Source of the DNA: Candidatus Levyibacteriota bacterium
Lineage (GTDB): Bacteria > Patescibacteriota > Microgenomatia > Levybacterales > UBA12049
Assembly (NCBI GenBank): GCA_016432345.1
Contig: CP066685.1
Coordinates: 624,236-688,235 of the forward strand
DNA length: 64,000 nucleotides
Direction: 5' to 3'
A program made the translations under genes and the position numbers. Every line of letters starts with the position of its first letter. The first letter of the stretch is position 1. The notes below the pieces were generated by a model, which worked only from the letters and a program-made list of their open reading frames with translations, did not search any database and was not told where the DNA came from. Below, piece after piece: positions 54,470 through 63,999 of the stretch.

Positions 54470-55420
54470 CTACTCAAGCAGGGCCTTTGCAAGTTTAACC
54501 GAATCGTGATATAGAGGAAAATGCTTATCAATTAAATCGCCTACTACTGTCTGTATTTTTCTATCTACCTTAACATACGTATAGTTATATTTCCGTGGAA
54601 TGACAGGAGCGTAATTAGTGTTAGCGATAACTTTTGTAAATGGGAAAAAACCCATATTTTTTTCGACTGCGCGTATATAGTCTGATACTTTGTAGTTTCT
54701 CGTCTCATATGGCTTATTGGTTATATTGACAACAAAAATTTTTGTGGCCGTGCTTTCTGTTAATGCTTTTCTAATCTCGGGAATAATTAATACCGGAAGC
54801 GTAGTTGTGTATAAATCTCCAGGGCCTGCGACAATAACATCTGCTTGATGCAATTTTTCAATAAGTTTTGAATTAGCTTTACAATTTTTTGGATAAAGAG
54901 CAACTTTATCTATTCCGTCATTCCAATCATATTTACCTAAATCTATATTTTCTTCGCCTGTAATCTCCTGGCCGTTATGAGTAGTGATAGAAATTCTAAC
55001 CTGGCCTTCTGTGGCTGGTAAAAATACCCCTGGTATATCAAATGTTTTTTGAAGCAGCTCAATTGCTTTTTCAAAGTCTCCAGTAATATCACGCATGGCA
55101 ACTAAAATAAGACTGCCCAATTTATGCCCAGAAAGCTCTTTATCGTTTGCATATCTATCGCCTGGAAATCTATAAGTAAGAAGCTTTGAAACTTCGGGGT
55201 TGGTTTTACTGCCAATTGCCGCCATGCATGAAACCAGGTCTCCCGGCGGAGGTATGTTGTAAAGCCGTCTCAAGCGTCCTGCAGATCCTCCTTCATCAGC
55301 CATCGAAACTGCCACAGTAATATCGGTAAAATAATCTTTAATTCCCTTTATTAAATTTACCGTTCCTATCCCGCCGCCCAAACAGACAATTTTCTTATTT
55401 TTTATTTTATTATCCACCAT
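54470..55420 (-). CDS. YvcK/CofD-family (UPF0052) protein
   Basis: 316 aa from the ATG at 55420. KIVCLGGGIGT, GGSAGRLRR, GPGDLYTT. Confidence 0.85.
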   Translation of the reverse strand: MVDNKIKNKKIVCLGGGIGTVNLIKGIKDYFTDITVAVSMADEGGSAGRLRRLYNIPPPGDLVSCMAAIGSKTNPEVSKLLTYRFPGDRYANDKELSGHKLGSLILVAMRDITGDFEKAIELLQKTFDIPGVFLPATEGQVRISITTHNGQEITGEENIDLGKYDWNDGIDKVALYPKNCKANSKLIEKLHQADVIVAGPGDLYTTTLPVLIIPEIRKALTESTATKIFVVNITNKPYETRNYKVSDYIRAVEKNMGFFPFTKVIANTNYAPVIPRKYNYTYVKVDRKIQTVVGDLIDKHFPLYHDSVKLAKALLE

Positions 55421-55803
55421 ATTGCCGATGTAATAAAAGATAAAACAAAAGCGCAAACAACATAGGAAAAAAATAGATTAAAAGCAATTTCTGGAATAAT
55501 AAAACCGGCAAAAGAAAAACCTTGGAAAACAAATGGCACAACCGTAATTTGGGTAACAATAATTGTTAAAAGATACAAAAGCAAAGCATTTGTTAAAAAC
55601 GAAAACATGCCTAAAGTAGCAAGGTTAAAAGGAAGCGTCAGAAGAGAAAGTATCGGTTTTACGAAAAAAGATATAACAGAAAGAATCAAACCGCCAAAAA
55701 GGTAGGTTTCTATACCACCGGAAATTTTGAGACCAGGCACAAGTATAGATGTCGCAAAAAGACCGCCTCCTTGAATAACCACATTTCTTAATACTGATTT
55801 CAT
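55402..55803 (-). CDS. DUF360/holin-4-family small membrane protein
   Basis: 133 aa with 4 TM helices. The FVKPILSLLTLPFNLATLGMF pattern fits the family. Confidence 0.55.
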   Translation of the reverse strand: MKSVLRNVVIQGGGLFATSILVPGLKISGGIETYLFGGLILSVISFFVKPILSLLTLPFNLATLGMFSFLTNALLLYLLTIIVTQITVVPFVFQGFSFAGFIIPEIAFNLFFSYVVCAFVLSFITSAIWWIIK

Positions 55804-55876
55804 ACAAAGTTATTTGATGCTAGCAGATATTTATATCTTGTGTCAAACCACCATTTAAAGTAAAATGATATGCGTT

Positions 55877-57022
55877 ATGAACCAAATTATTTGTCCTCAT
55901 TGCAAAAAATCATTTGAAATAACACAGGCTATTGCTCACGAGATAGAAGAAAAAATACTCCAAGAAGAACGGATAAAGTTTAATAAAGAGCTTGAAAAGG
56001 TAAAGTTGGAAAGCCAGGAGCAAGCTGCCAAAAAACTGCAGGAACAATTTGCCATGCAGTTAAAACAAATTAAAGAAGATAGTCAAGAAAAAGATCAGCG
56101 TATTAAGGAGCTTTTAGAGCAGGTAACAAACATTACGCGAGACTTACGCCAAACAAAAAGAGAAAAAGAAGAAGCAGGACTAGAGATGCAAAAAAAACTG
56201 GCAGAGGAAGAAGATAAAATCCGCCTTGATGCCCGAAAAAAAGTAGAGGAAGAACAAATGCTCAAAATGCGCGAGAAAGACAAGCAAATTCAAGATGCCA
56301 TGAAAGAGGTGGAAGAAATGAAGAGTAAATTACAGCAAGGCTCACAGCAAATGCAGGGCGAGGTTTTTGAACTGCACTTTCAGGAAATACTGGAAAAAGA
56401 ATTTCCCAACGACAAAATAGCAGAGGTGGCAAAAGGCGTTAGGGGAGGAGATATTGTGCAGGAAGTTTGGGATCGAAACGGCAACATCTGCGGAACAATT
56501 CTTTGGGAGCTTAAAAATAGCAAAACATGGAGAGAAGAATGGATAAATAAGTTAAAAACCGATCAACGGGCAATGAAAGCCGATTACGCTGTTATTACTA
56601 CCGATATTGCGCCAAGTGAAGTTGATACGGCCAAATATTACAAAAATTTGTGGGTGACAAAGCGGAATTTTGCTATTAGCTTGGCCTATGCTCTGCGTTT
56701 AAATCTTATTCAAATTGCCATGGCCAAACGGGCATCAGAAGGGCAGAAAGAAAAAAAAGATGTTTTATACACTTACGTTTCCAGCACAGAATTTAGATTG
56801 CGGATCGAGGCAATTGTGGAAGCGTTTACCAATATGCAGACAGAAATAGAAAAAGAGAAAAGATACTTTTCGAATAAATGGGCGAGGGATGAAAAAAACA
56901 TTAGACAGGTTATTGACAATACCTATGGCATGCATGGAGATTTAAAAGGGATACTAGGGAATTTGCTGCCGCAAATAAAGGGGCTTGAAGCATTAGAATT
57001 AGGGGATGGTAAAGAAAAATAA
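55877..57022 (+). CDS. DUF2130-like protein (Zn-ribbon, long coiled coil, C-terminal nuclease-like domain)
   Basis: N-terminal ICPHCKKSF, then ~150 aa of Glu/Lys coiled coil, then GGDIVQEV...WELKNSKTW. Confidence 0.6.
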   Translation: MNQIICPHCKKSFEITQAIAHEIEEKILQEERIKFNKELEKVKLESQEQAAKKLQEQFAMQLKQIKEDSQEKDQRIKELLEQVTNITRDLRQTKREKEEAGLEMQKKLAEEEDKIRLDARKKVEEEQMLKMREKDKQIQDAMKEVEEMKSKLQQGSQQMQGEVFELHFQEILEKEFPNDKIAEVAKGVRGGDIVQEVWDRNGNICGTILWELKNSKTWREEWINKLKTDQRAMKADYAVITTDIAPSEVDTAKYYKNLWVTKRNFAISLAYALRLNLIQIAMAKRASEGQKEKKDVLYTYVSSTEFRLRIEAIVEAFTNMQTEIEKEKRYFSNKWARDEKNIRQVIDNTYGMHGDLKGILGNLLPQIKGLEALELGDGKEK

Positions 57023-57046
57023 AGTGTGTTATGATATAATATAATT

Positions 57047-57712
57047 ATGGCTGTTAAAAAAACTACCAAAAAAATGTCCCCTCCAAAACTCATTGAGGTT
57101 GAAAAACAAAATAATTCTATATCTACTATTAAAAAATCAAAACTGCCATTATTTATAGGTATTGCTGTTGTCTTAGGTCTTTTTATATATTTTTTTAAAG
57201 GTTTTTTTGTAGCCGCTACAGTAAATGGCCAACCAATATTTAGATTTTCTCTTATTCAAGAGTTGGAAAAACAAGGTGGAAAACGCACATTGGATTCATT
57301 AATTACCAAAACACTTATTTTGCAGGAAGCAAAAAAACAAAATATAACGGTTGATAAAAAGGAGGTAGATAACGAAATCGCCAAAGCCGAAGACAGCGTT
57401 AAAAAGCAGGGCCAGCAACTTGATGCTATTTTAGCAATGCAAGGAATATCCAGAGAAAATTTAAAAGAGCAAATTCGACTGGAAAAAACTATCGAAAAAC
57501 TTATCGCCAAAGACATACAAATCACCGATAAAGAAATAAACGATTTTATAGAAAAAAATAAAGACAATCTGTCAGAGGCTTCTGATTCTGCAAAACTTAA
57601 AGAAACTGTAAAAGATCAATTAAAACGGCAAAAGGTCAGCGAGAAGTTTCAAGCATGGATTGCGGATATCCAAAAACAGGCAAAAATAAACTACTTGGTG
57701 CAGTACCCCTAA
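57047..57712 (+). CDS. membrane-anchored SurA-N/PrsA-like chaperone domain protein (no PPIase domain seen)
   Basis: 221 aa with one TM helix. The pattern VNGQPIFRFSLIQELEKQGGKRTLDSLITKTLILQEAKK fits the domain. Confidence 0.5.
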   Translation: MAVKKTTKKMSPPKLIEVEKQNNSISTIKKSKLPLFIGIAVVLGLFIYFFKGFFVAATVNGQPIFRFSLIQELEKQGGKRTLDSLITKTLILQEAKKQNITVDKKEVDNEIAKAEDSVKKQGQQLDAILAMQGISRENLKEQIRLEKTIEKLIAKDIQITDKEINDFIEKNKDNLSEASDSAKLKETVKDQLKRQKVSEKFQAWIADIQKQAKINYLVQYP

Positions 57713-57771
57713 AAAATTCTTTTTCTTGCCTCCAATGACATTTGTATAGTATACTAAATAATAAATTTTTT

Positions 57772-57844
57772 GGGCCGCTAGCTCAATTGGCAGAGCAATT
57801 CCCTCTTAAGGAATAGGTTCTCGGTCCGACTCCGAGGCGGCTCA
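57772..57844 (+). tRNA. tRNA-Lys (anticodon CUU)
   Basis: Hand-folded cloverleaf. Acceptor GGGCCGC/GCGGCTC, D-arm GCTC-AATTGGCA-GAGC, anticodon arm ATTCC-CTCTTAA-GGAAT, T-arm CTCGG-TCCGACT-CCGAG, discriminator A. No encoded CCA. Confidence 0.9.
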
Positions 57845-57901
57845 CAGAAAGTTCTACTTGATAAATATTTTTAATCATGCTTATACTAAATTAGATAGAA
57901 A

Positions 57902-58012
57902 ATGAAGAATAAAAAGCTATTTCTTGATATTCTCGCTATAATTATTCTTACTATTTTGGGAATTATTCTAGTTAAAACTCAAGTTCTTCCCCGTTTGAGC
58001 GGATTCCGATGA
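57902..58012 (+). CDS. 36-aa single-TM micro-protein coupled to the next gene
   Basis: MKNKKLFLDILAIIILTILGIILVKTQVLPRLSGFR. Its stop overlaps the ATG at 58009 (ATGA). Below the ORF-track cutoff. Confidence 0.3.
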   Translation: MKNKKLFLDILAIIILTILGIILVKTQVLPRLSGFR

Positions 58013-58644
58013 AAGCAATTGCTTACTATTCAGGGAAAATCGAAACAAGGAATAGAGAATGTTTCGTTGGGAATCAAAAAGTTGATTGTCCACAGGGTAA
58101 TAAAGCATTTACTTCTACGGGCGATAAACTCGATCTTTTACCACAGATTCCTTCCTTGGAGAAACGCAGCGATCCAATTTTCTTCTCCATTCTTTTGGTA
58201 ATAATTATCTTTTTTTCCGTCTTAATTATATTTAGAATTAAAATTTTTGGCAAAACTTTAGGAGAATACGTTAGACCTATCTGGTATCTTATTCTTATTT
58301 CCATTACGGCTGTAGCCTGGCAGTACCTATTTGGCCTCAAGATTGATGATAACTTTATGTCAATAAGAATCAGCCAATGGATTTGGGAAATTTGTATTAC
58401 CGTTTCAGCTTATATGTTAATTAAAAAATCAAATTTCGGTTATGGCAATCTATTTTTCTTGGGGATTATATATAGTTTGATCATTCATGGTTTAAAGATA
58501 ACTATCAGACATATCTTTTACGAAAAGACATTTTTATATTTGATTGATAGATTTCTATATGGGAGTTTATTGGTTATAGCACTTGTCTTTATCGGTGGGT
58601 CATTGCTTGTCTTCTTTAGACGAAGGGGGATTCTTAAATTTTAG
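58009..58644 (+). CDS. hypothetical polytopic membrane protein
   Basis: 211 aa with ~5 TM helices. Confidence 0.5.
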   Translation: MKAIAYYSGKIETRNRECFVGNQKVDCPQGNKAFTSTGDKLDLLPQIPSLEKRSDPIFFSILLVIIIFFSVLIIFRIKIFGKTLGEYVRPIWYLILISITAVAWQYLFGLKIDDNFMSIRISQWIWEICITVSAYMLIKKSNFGYGNLFFLGIIYSLIIHGLKITIRHIFYEKTFLYLIDRFLYGSLLVIALVFIGGSLLVFFRRRGILKF

Positions 58645-60440
58645 TCTCCTGCTGAACAATCTTTAGGACAATTTTGCCTTGTTTCACCAAGTCCTGGTTC
58701 GCAAAGATCATTGCCGCAAGCAGATTTACCAGAGGAGACTTCAATTTTTGACTTAAATATATTCCTGATAAAATCCAAAATCATTTCTAATAAATTTAAC
58801 TGTCCAACACTACCTTGTTTTACTGTCTCAAATTGTGTTCTCATTTCGCTTTCCGAAACAGGTTCGGCAACAGATGAGCAATCAAAAACTTTTTCTCTAT
58901 CTTGGGAAAGATATGTTTCAAAAAAGTAAACTGATCCGCCGGTTCCTGCCGCTATATACTTTCCATTGGCTGAAATGTCAATCTCTTCAAGATATTCATT
59001 GAAGGGAATTTCTGTTTTGGATTTTGAGGTTTTATCCAAAATATAAAGTTTTTTATCTGTTCCGCCAACTGCCATAAAGCTCCCGTCATCTGCAATATCC
59101 GCTCCCCCTAAAGAGGCATTTACTTTCCAAGAAGCAATCGGGCTATTTTTACCTTCATCAAAAATATAGGCATCGCCTCCAAAAGTTGCCGCCCCGATAT
59201 ATTTACCATTAGGTGTAAAATTTAAAGCCCTGACAGAACTATTGTTTGGGGTAGAAAATTTCCACACAGGACTTTTTGATTTTTTATCAAACATAAATAC
59301 TGCTCCCGAATCGGATTCGCTACCAACTGCGATAGTTGAGCCGTCCGAAGAAATTTTGGCTCGATGTACAGGAGAATCACGGGTTAGAGGATCGCTTTGG
59401 ATAATCGGTTTATTGGAGTCGCGGGAAAATAAATAAAATCTTCTATCGGGACAGCCAGTTGAACCGGAAATAAACTGTCCGTCTTGTGAAAGCGATACAT
59501 CATGGAAATTGCCTAAAGCATGGTATTGCCATAAGGGTTTTTCGCTTTGAGCCTGCCATAAAATTATCAGGTTGGAATTAGTATCTTCCTCGTTTCCTGC
59601 TGTGGCTGCCGCCATATATCTTCCGTCTTTGGAGATAGCCACATTATAGGAATTACCTGCTTTTTCGTATATCCAGATAGGTTTATTGGAAGACTTGTCA
59701 AATAAAGCTACTCTTTCTCCAAAAGCTGCGATGATTTTTGAACCATCGCCGGAGATAGCTGCTCCGCCTTTAACGTCATCACCAATCCGGCATTGCTCAC
59801 AATTAAATTGCCACAAAGGTTTGTTAGGTTTCTCTGTATCAAATAAATAAACATGCTGTGAAGTCTTAACTGCTAAATACTGTCCATTATCAGACAACGC
59901 TACTCCTCCTATCCATTCCTTTCCTGTCGGGAAGTTTAAAATTTTTTGCCCTGTGCTTTTATCTACTACAGAAACCTCATTTTTATCAAAAGGGGTCGTA
60001 AAAAGAACAGGACCATTGTCAGGGGAATCAATAATCGAAGCTCTGGCTCGGCCTTTACCATTCGAAGCTTCGAAATAATAGAAGTTTGAGTCTATCTTGT
60101 TAGGAACATACTTATAGGTGTATTTAACTCCTTGTTTGTAATTATTGTCAGTTGAGTTTTCTTTCTGCATATCAATCATCTGTCCATTGAAGTAAATTTT
60201 CATATACTGCGGCTCCCTGCCTTCTTTGTCGCGGTAAATTACAGAGTAAGTATATCTTTGACATGGTGGTCCCCAATTAGGATAGACGTGTCCTTCGAAA
60301 AGCTCGGGGTCATCGACAGTCTTGGGAAGTTTGGGAATGATTCCTCCCGGGGTATTTTTATCTTCTGCAAAAACTAATTGGAAAAGACTAAGAGATAAAA
60401 ACAAAACTAAACCAAAAACAAAGAGCGCTTTTAGTTTCAT
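58641..60440 (-). CDS. secreted beta-propeller repeat protein with Cys-rich C-terminal tail
   Basis: Start reset to the ATG at 60440 (MKLKALFVFGLVLFLSLSLFQLVFA, a signal peptide), because the tracked start at 60611 runs through tRNA-Arg. Repeated S.DG.YIA.G modules. C-terminal CGNDLCEPGLGETRQNCPKDC. Confidence 0.7.
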   Translation of the reverse strand: MKLKALFVFGLVLFLSLSLFQLVFAEDKNTPGGIIPKLPKTVDDPELFEGHVYPNWGPPCQRYTYSVIYRDKEGREPQYMKIYFNGQMIDMQKENSTDNNYKQGVKYTYKYVPNKIDSNFYYFEASNGKGRARASIIDSPDNGPVLFTTPFDKNEVSVVDKSTGQKILNFPTGKEWIGGVALSDNGQYLAVKTSQHVYLFDTEKPNKPLWQFNCEQCRIGDDVKGGAAISGDGSKIIAAFGERVALFDKSSNKPIWIYEKAGNSYNVAISKDGRYMAAATAGNEEDTNSNLIILWQAQSEKPLWQYHALGNFHDVSLSQDGQFISGSTGCPDRRFYLFSRDSNKPIIQSDPLTRDSPVHRAKISSDGSTIAVGSESDSGAVFMFDKKSKSPVWKFSTPNNSSVRALNFTPNGKYIGAATFGGDAYIFDEGKNSPIASWKVNASLGGADIADDGSFMAVGGTDKKLYILDKTSKSKTEIPFNEYLEEIDISANGKYIAAGTGGSVYFFETYLSQDREKVFDCSSVAEPVSESEMRTQFETVKQGSVGQLNLLEMILDFIRNIFKSKIEVSSGKSACGNDLCEPGLGETRQNCPKDCSAGD

Positions 60441-60526
60441 AAACAAATCTACTTTCATTAAATCAGAAAGGGTGTATAAAAGCAACTTAAGCTGTAAAAC
60501 TTCAAATTCTGTTATAATATAGACAA

Positions 60527-60599
60527 GCGTCTGTAGCTCAACGGATAGAGCAAGTGGCTTCGAACCACTAGGTTGCGGGTTCAATTCCTGCCAGACGCG
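60527..60599 (+). tRNA. tRNA-Arg (anticodon UCG)
   Basis: Hand-folded. Acceptor GCGTCTG/CAGACGC, D-arm GCTC-AACGGATA-GAGC, anticodon arm AGTGG-CTTCGAA-CCACT, T-arm GCGGG-TTCAATT-CCTGC, discriminator G. Confidence 0.9.
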
Positions 60600-60609
60600 C
60601 TTAGCCCAC

Positions 60610-62880
60610 ATGAAAGATAAACTACTTATTTTGTTTAAACTTTTTTTAGGCTGGCCGATAACTATTTTATCTTTCTTTTTTATCTACCGCATTTTTTCTG
60701 AAAAAACAAATACTCTCTCATTTTCTTTTTCAGATATTAATTTTATTTTACTTGCAACAAGCATATTTTGTTTCTTTTTATATTTTTCATTAAGAGTTAT
60801 TTTGTGGCAGCGCTTACTATCGTTAAAAAATCACCACGCGCCTTTTCTTGCCACTGCTTTTTATTGGTCGTCTTCAGAAATAAAACGATTTGTACCGGGA
60901 AATATATGGTCGTCAATTGCCCGCATCCATCACTTTTCCAAAAAAGAAATTGGCAAAAAAGAAATTTTCTTTTCCATTATTGAAGAGGCAAAAATTGTAG
61001 TTATAAGCAGCCTTATTATCTCTATTTTTTCTTTTTCATTTGTTTTTTCAACACTTTTACCTCTTTTTCCAACAGTAATAATAGCTGGTTTTTATCTTTA
61101 TCGTAATCCAAAAAATTGGGTACTCCTTGGATATGGCATCTTGGCATTTTTTTGCTTTGGTCTTGGCACCTACCTTTCTATTGCATCAATAATTTCTCTT
61201 TCACCTTATTATATAACTACTTTTGTATCGTTTTTTTCCTTTTGTTATATAGTTGGTTACCTTTCGTTTGTTGTCCCCATGGGTCTGGGAGTAAGAGAAA
61301 CAGTAATGACTATCGGCCTTTCCCGCTTTATTACAGAATCTTCTGCCGCAATTGCTTCTGTTTATACACGAGTAATTCTAATTTTTGCCGAAGTGCTCTT
61401 TTTTGGTTTCTCTTTTTTTCTCTATAAAACAAAAGATGACTACACAAAAAAGATAATTAATAGCATACAGAAACACTGGCATATTATCGTTTTAATCATA
61501 GGAATTTTTTTCTATATTTTATATTTCTCATCCGCCAGTATTGCCAGATATGACAATTTTTATACCGGCCGTTTCGATCTGGGAAATATGGATCAAACAG
61601 TTTGGAATACGTCACGGGGCAGAATATTCCAGTTAACCGACCCTGATGGCACACAAATTGTTTCCCGTCTGGCATACCATGCGGATTTTATTCTTATTTT
61701 TCTAGCCCCTTTCTACAAAATATGGTCAGACCCCAGGCTTTTACTTGTTATGCAAACGGCTGTGCTTGCCTGCGGCGCAATATTAATTTATTTAATCGCG
61801 GCCCAAATTTTTTCTAAAAAATCGTTTGGGCTTCTTTTTGCCTTTCTTTATTTATTTAATCCCCACATCCAGCATGCAAATCTTTATGACTTTCATGCAG
61901 TAACACTTGCCACAACCTTAATACTTTCAGCATTCTATTTTTTGCAAAAAAAGAAATTGGTATTTTTTGTTTTATCTTCTATCCTGGCCGGATTAACAAA
62001 AGAAAATGTTTGGCTTGTTATTAGTCTGCTTGGAGGATATCTTTTTATACGAGCAAATAAAAATAGAGAACGTTATCTAGGCGCAACAATTTTTGTTGTT
62101 TCAATGATGCTTTTTTACTATCTCGTCTCAACTGCAATTCCCAATGCCAGGGGAACACAACACTTCGCCATTTCCTACTATGCCGATTTTGGCAACAGTC
62201 CATCTTCTATTATCACAAACATTCTTTTTTCTCCCTTAAAAACAATTCTGACAATTCTGCAACCGGACAGAGTGATATACATATTCCAGTTATTTTTTTC
62301 TACAGGATTTCTGGCTTTTTTTTCTCCTTTGCTTCTTCTTTTTGCTGCGCCGGATTTTGCAATAAATTTATTAAGCAACAACAGTCAACTAAGACAAATT
62401 TACTACCATTATAGCGCCCTTATCACCCCATTTATTTTTATCTCATCCATCTATGGAGTAAAAAATATCCAGACACGTTTTCCAAAGATCGCTCGGTTTA
62501 TTCCTTTTTATCTTGTGGCCGCAACTATTTATGCCGCTTACCAGTTGGGGCCTTTCCCTGGATCAAACAACCCAAATATCGCCATGTTTACAACTCCTCT
62601 GCAAGATAGGGAAATTATTACCTCGTATCTAGCTCGTATTAAAAAACGCTACAGCGTTGCCGCCACCAATAATCTTGGTTCGCACCTTTCCCGCCGACAA
62701 CTAGTCTACACCATACCAATGGGTATTGACCGCGCCGACATACTGGTATTTCTTCTCAATGATCCATTTGCGCAACCATCTCTTGCCGCTCAGAAAAAAA
62801 TGGTTGATGATTTAAAAAAGAATAAACATTATATCCTGCTTTTTGAAAAAGGAGATTTTGTTGCATTCCAAAAAAAGTAG
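60610..62880 (+). CDS. large polytopic membrane protein: UPF0104 (MprF-flippase-like) N-terminal region + DUF2079-like C-terminal region
   Basis: 756 aa with more than 15 TM helices. RFVPGNIWS and PMGLGVRE are UPF0104-like; YDNFYTGRFDLGNMDQTVWNT is DUF2079-like. Confidence 0.65.
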   Translation: MKDKLLILFKLFLGWPITILSFFFIYRIFSEKTNTLSFSFSDINFILLATSIFCFFLYFSLRVILWQRLLSLKNHHAPFLATAFYWSSSEIKRFVPGNIWSSIARIHHFSKKEIGKKEIFFSIIEEAKIVVISSLIISIFSFSFVFSTLLPLFPTVIIAGFYLYRNPKNWVLLGYGILAFFCFGLGTYLSIASIISLSPYYITTFVSFFSFCYIVGYLSFVVPMGLGVRETVMTIGLSRFITESSAAIASVYTRVILIFAEVLFFGFSFFLYKTKDDYTKKIINSIQKHWHIIVLIIGIFFYILYFSSASIARYDNFYTGRFDLGNMDQTVWNTSRGRIFQLTDPDGTQIVSRLAYHADFILIFLAPFYKIWSDPRLLLVMQTAVLACGAILIYLIAAQIFSKKSFGLLFAFLYLFNPHIQHANLYDFHAVTLATTLILSAFYFLQKKKLVFFVLSSILAGLTKENVWLVISLLGGYLFIRANKNRERYLGATIFVVSMMLFYYLVSTAIPNARGTQHFAISYYADFGNSPSSIITNILFSPLKTILTILQPDRVIYIFQLFFSTGFLAFFSPLLLLFAAPDFAINLLSNNSQLRQIYYHYSALITPFIFISSIYGVKNIQTRFPKIARFIPFYLVAATIYAAYQLGPFPGSNNPNIAMFTTPLQDREIITSYLARIKKRYSVAATNNLGSHLSRRQLVYTIPMGIDRADILVFLLNDPFAQPSLAAQKKMVDDLKKNKHYILLFEKGDFVAFQKK

Positions 62881-62892
62881 TATGATAAAAGT

Positions 62893-63714
62893 ATGATTAA
62901 TGTTGTTAAGGCAGATGGCAGCAAGCAGGAATTTAACGAAGAAAAAGTGCGACAATCAATAAAACGCGCCGGTATTCCAAACGACTTACAAAATCAAGTT
63001 CTTGAGCATGTTAAAAGTAAACTCTACGAAAATATCAAAACAGCGCAAATCTATAAACATATTATAGAATTTTTAGGAAAAACTAATCCTCATGCAAAAG
63101 CAAAATACAGTTTAAAACAGGCAATTATGCGGCTTGGCCCAACAGGATACCCTTTTGAAGATTTTGTGGCAGAAATTATGAGAACCCAGGGATATACCAC
63201 ATATGTGCGAACTATACTACAAGGAACCTGTATCACGCATGAAATTGATGTAATTGCCACAAAAAATCCGCCAGCTGGCGGAGAAAAAATAATGGTCGAG
63301 GCAAAATTTCATAACATGCCTGGTATAAAAACAAATGTCCATGTTGCGCTCTATACAAAAGCTAGATTTGATGATATAGCAATGAAAAATAATTTTACCA
63401 ATGCCTGGATTGTAACCAATACAAAAGTCACAACCGATGCAATCGCTTACTCGGAATGCCAAAACATCACAATTATAAGTTGGGAATATCCGCAAAAGGG
63501 TAATTTACGCGATCTAATTGAGCAATCCGGCCTTGCCCCAATTACCAGTATTACCGAATTTTCCACAAACGACATCCAAAAACTTCTTGAAAACGGCATA
63601 GTGCTCTGCCGCGATATTTGCAAAAAGCCAGAGATTCTAAATCTTCTTGATATGCCCGAGGACAAAAAGAAACATATTCTAGACCAAGCCGCCTTCGTCT
63701 GCAATTTATCATGA
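62893..63714 (+). CDS. ATP-cone domain fused to a restriction-endonuclease-like (PD-(D/E)XK/Mrr-cat-like) domain
   Basis: 273 aa. The N-terminal VVKADGSKQEFNEEKVRQSIKRAGI is an ATP-cone. FEDFVAEIMRTQGY...HEIDVIA...IMVEAKFH fits D...E-x-K. Confidence 0.6.
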   Translation: MINVVKADGSKQEFNEEKVRQSIKRAGIPNDLQNQVLEHVKSKLYENIKTAQIYKHIIEFLGKTNPHAKAKYSLKQAIMRLGPTGYPFEDFVAEIMRTQGYTTYVRTILQGTCITHEIDVIATKNPPAGGEKIMVEAKFHNMPGIKTNVHVALYTKARFDDIAMKNNFTNAWIVTNTKVTTDAIAYSECQNITIISWEYPQKGNLRDLIEQSGLAPITSITEFSTNDIQKLLENGIVLCRDICKKPEILNLLDMPEDKKKHILDQAAFVCNLS

Positions 63715-63776
63715 ACTGGCAAAAAAACTGTCAAAATCAATATGAAAAATCATCCGCTGCATATAATTATAAGTCA

Positions 63777-63805
63777 TTGACAAAGAAAAAAATATCTGGT
63801 ATTTT
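63777..63805 (+). promoter_or_regulatory. sigma70-like promoter for the T-box leader
   Basis: TTGACA (63777-63782), 17-nt spacer, TATTTT (63800-63805). Confidence 0.4.
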
Positions 63806-63811
63806 AGTAAA

Positions 63812-63999
63812 TGCGTTGATGGAGAAACCCGCCAACTGGCGAGGCTAGAGCTCCGGAGCAAGTTTCCGAAAAAATCGAAAGAAAAGTAGGAAACATACAT
63901 AAGGTACATTCAGGTTTATGGATGTACAAAAAAGCGTGGCACCACGGATAATCCCGTCGCTTTAATAGTCTAAAGACTATTGAAGGAGGGGATTTTTTT
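63812..63999 (+). promoter_or_regulatory. T-box leader (tRNA-sensing riboswitch); regulated gene lies beyond the window end
   Basis: T-box sequence AGCGUGGCACCACGG at ~63934-63948. It folds as a textbook antiterminator: GCG[UGGCACC]ACGG-AUAAUC-CCGU-CGC, with a 7-nt bulge. A competing long helix AAUCCC...GGGAUU includes the GAAGGAGG Shine-Dalgarno and is followed by U7 at 63993-63999. A Stem III-like hairpin GUACAU...AUGUAC lies just upstream. Confidence 0.7.

Noticed and set aside
60441-60611. N-terminal extension of the beta-propeller ORF (tracked start 60611).
   Set aside because: The extension runs antisense straight through tRNA-Arg (60527-60599). A signal peptide begins at the internal Met (60440), so the shorter model is preferred.
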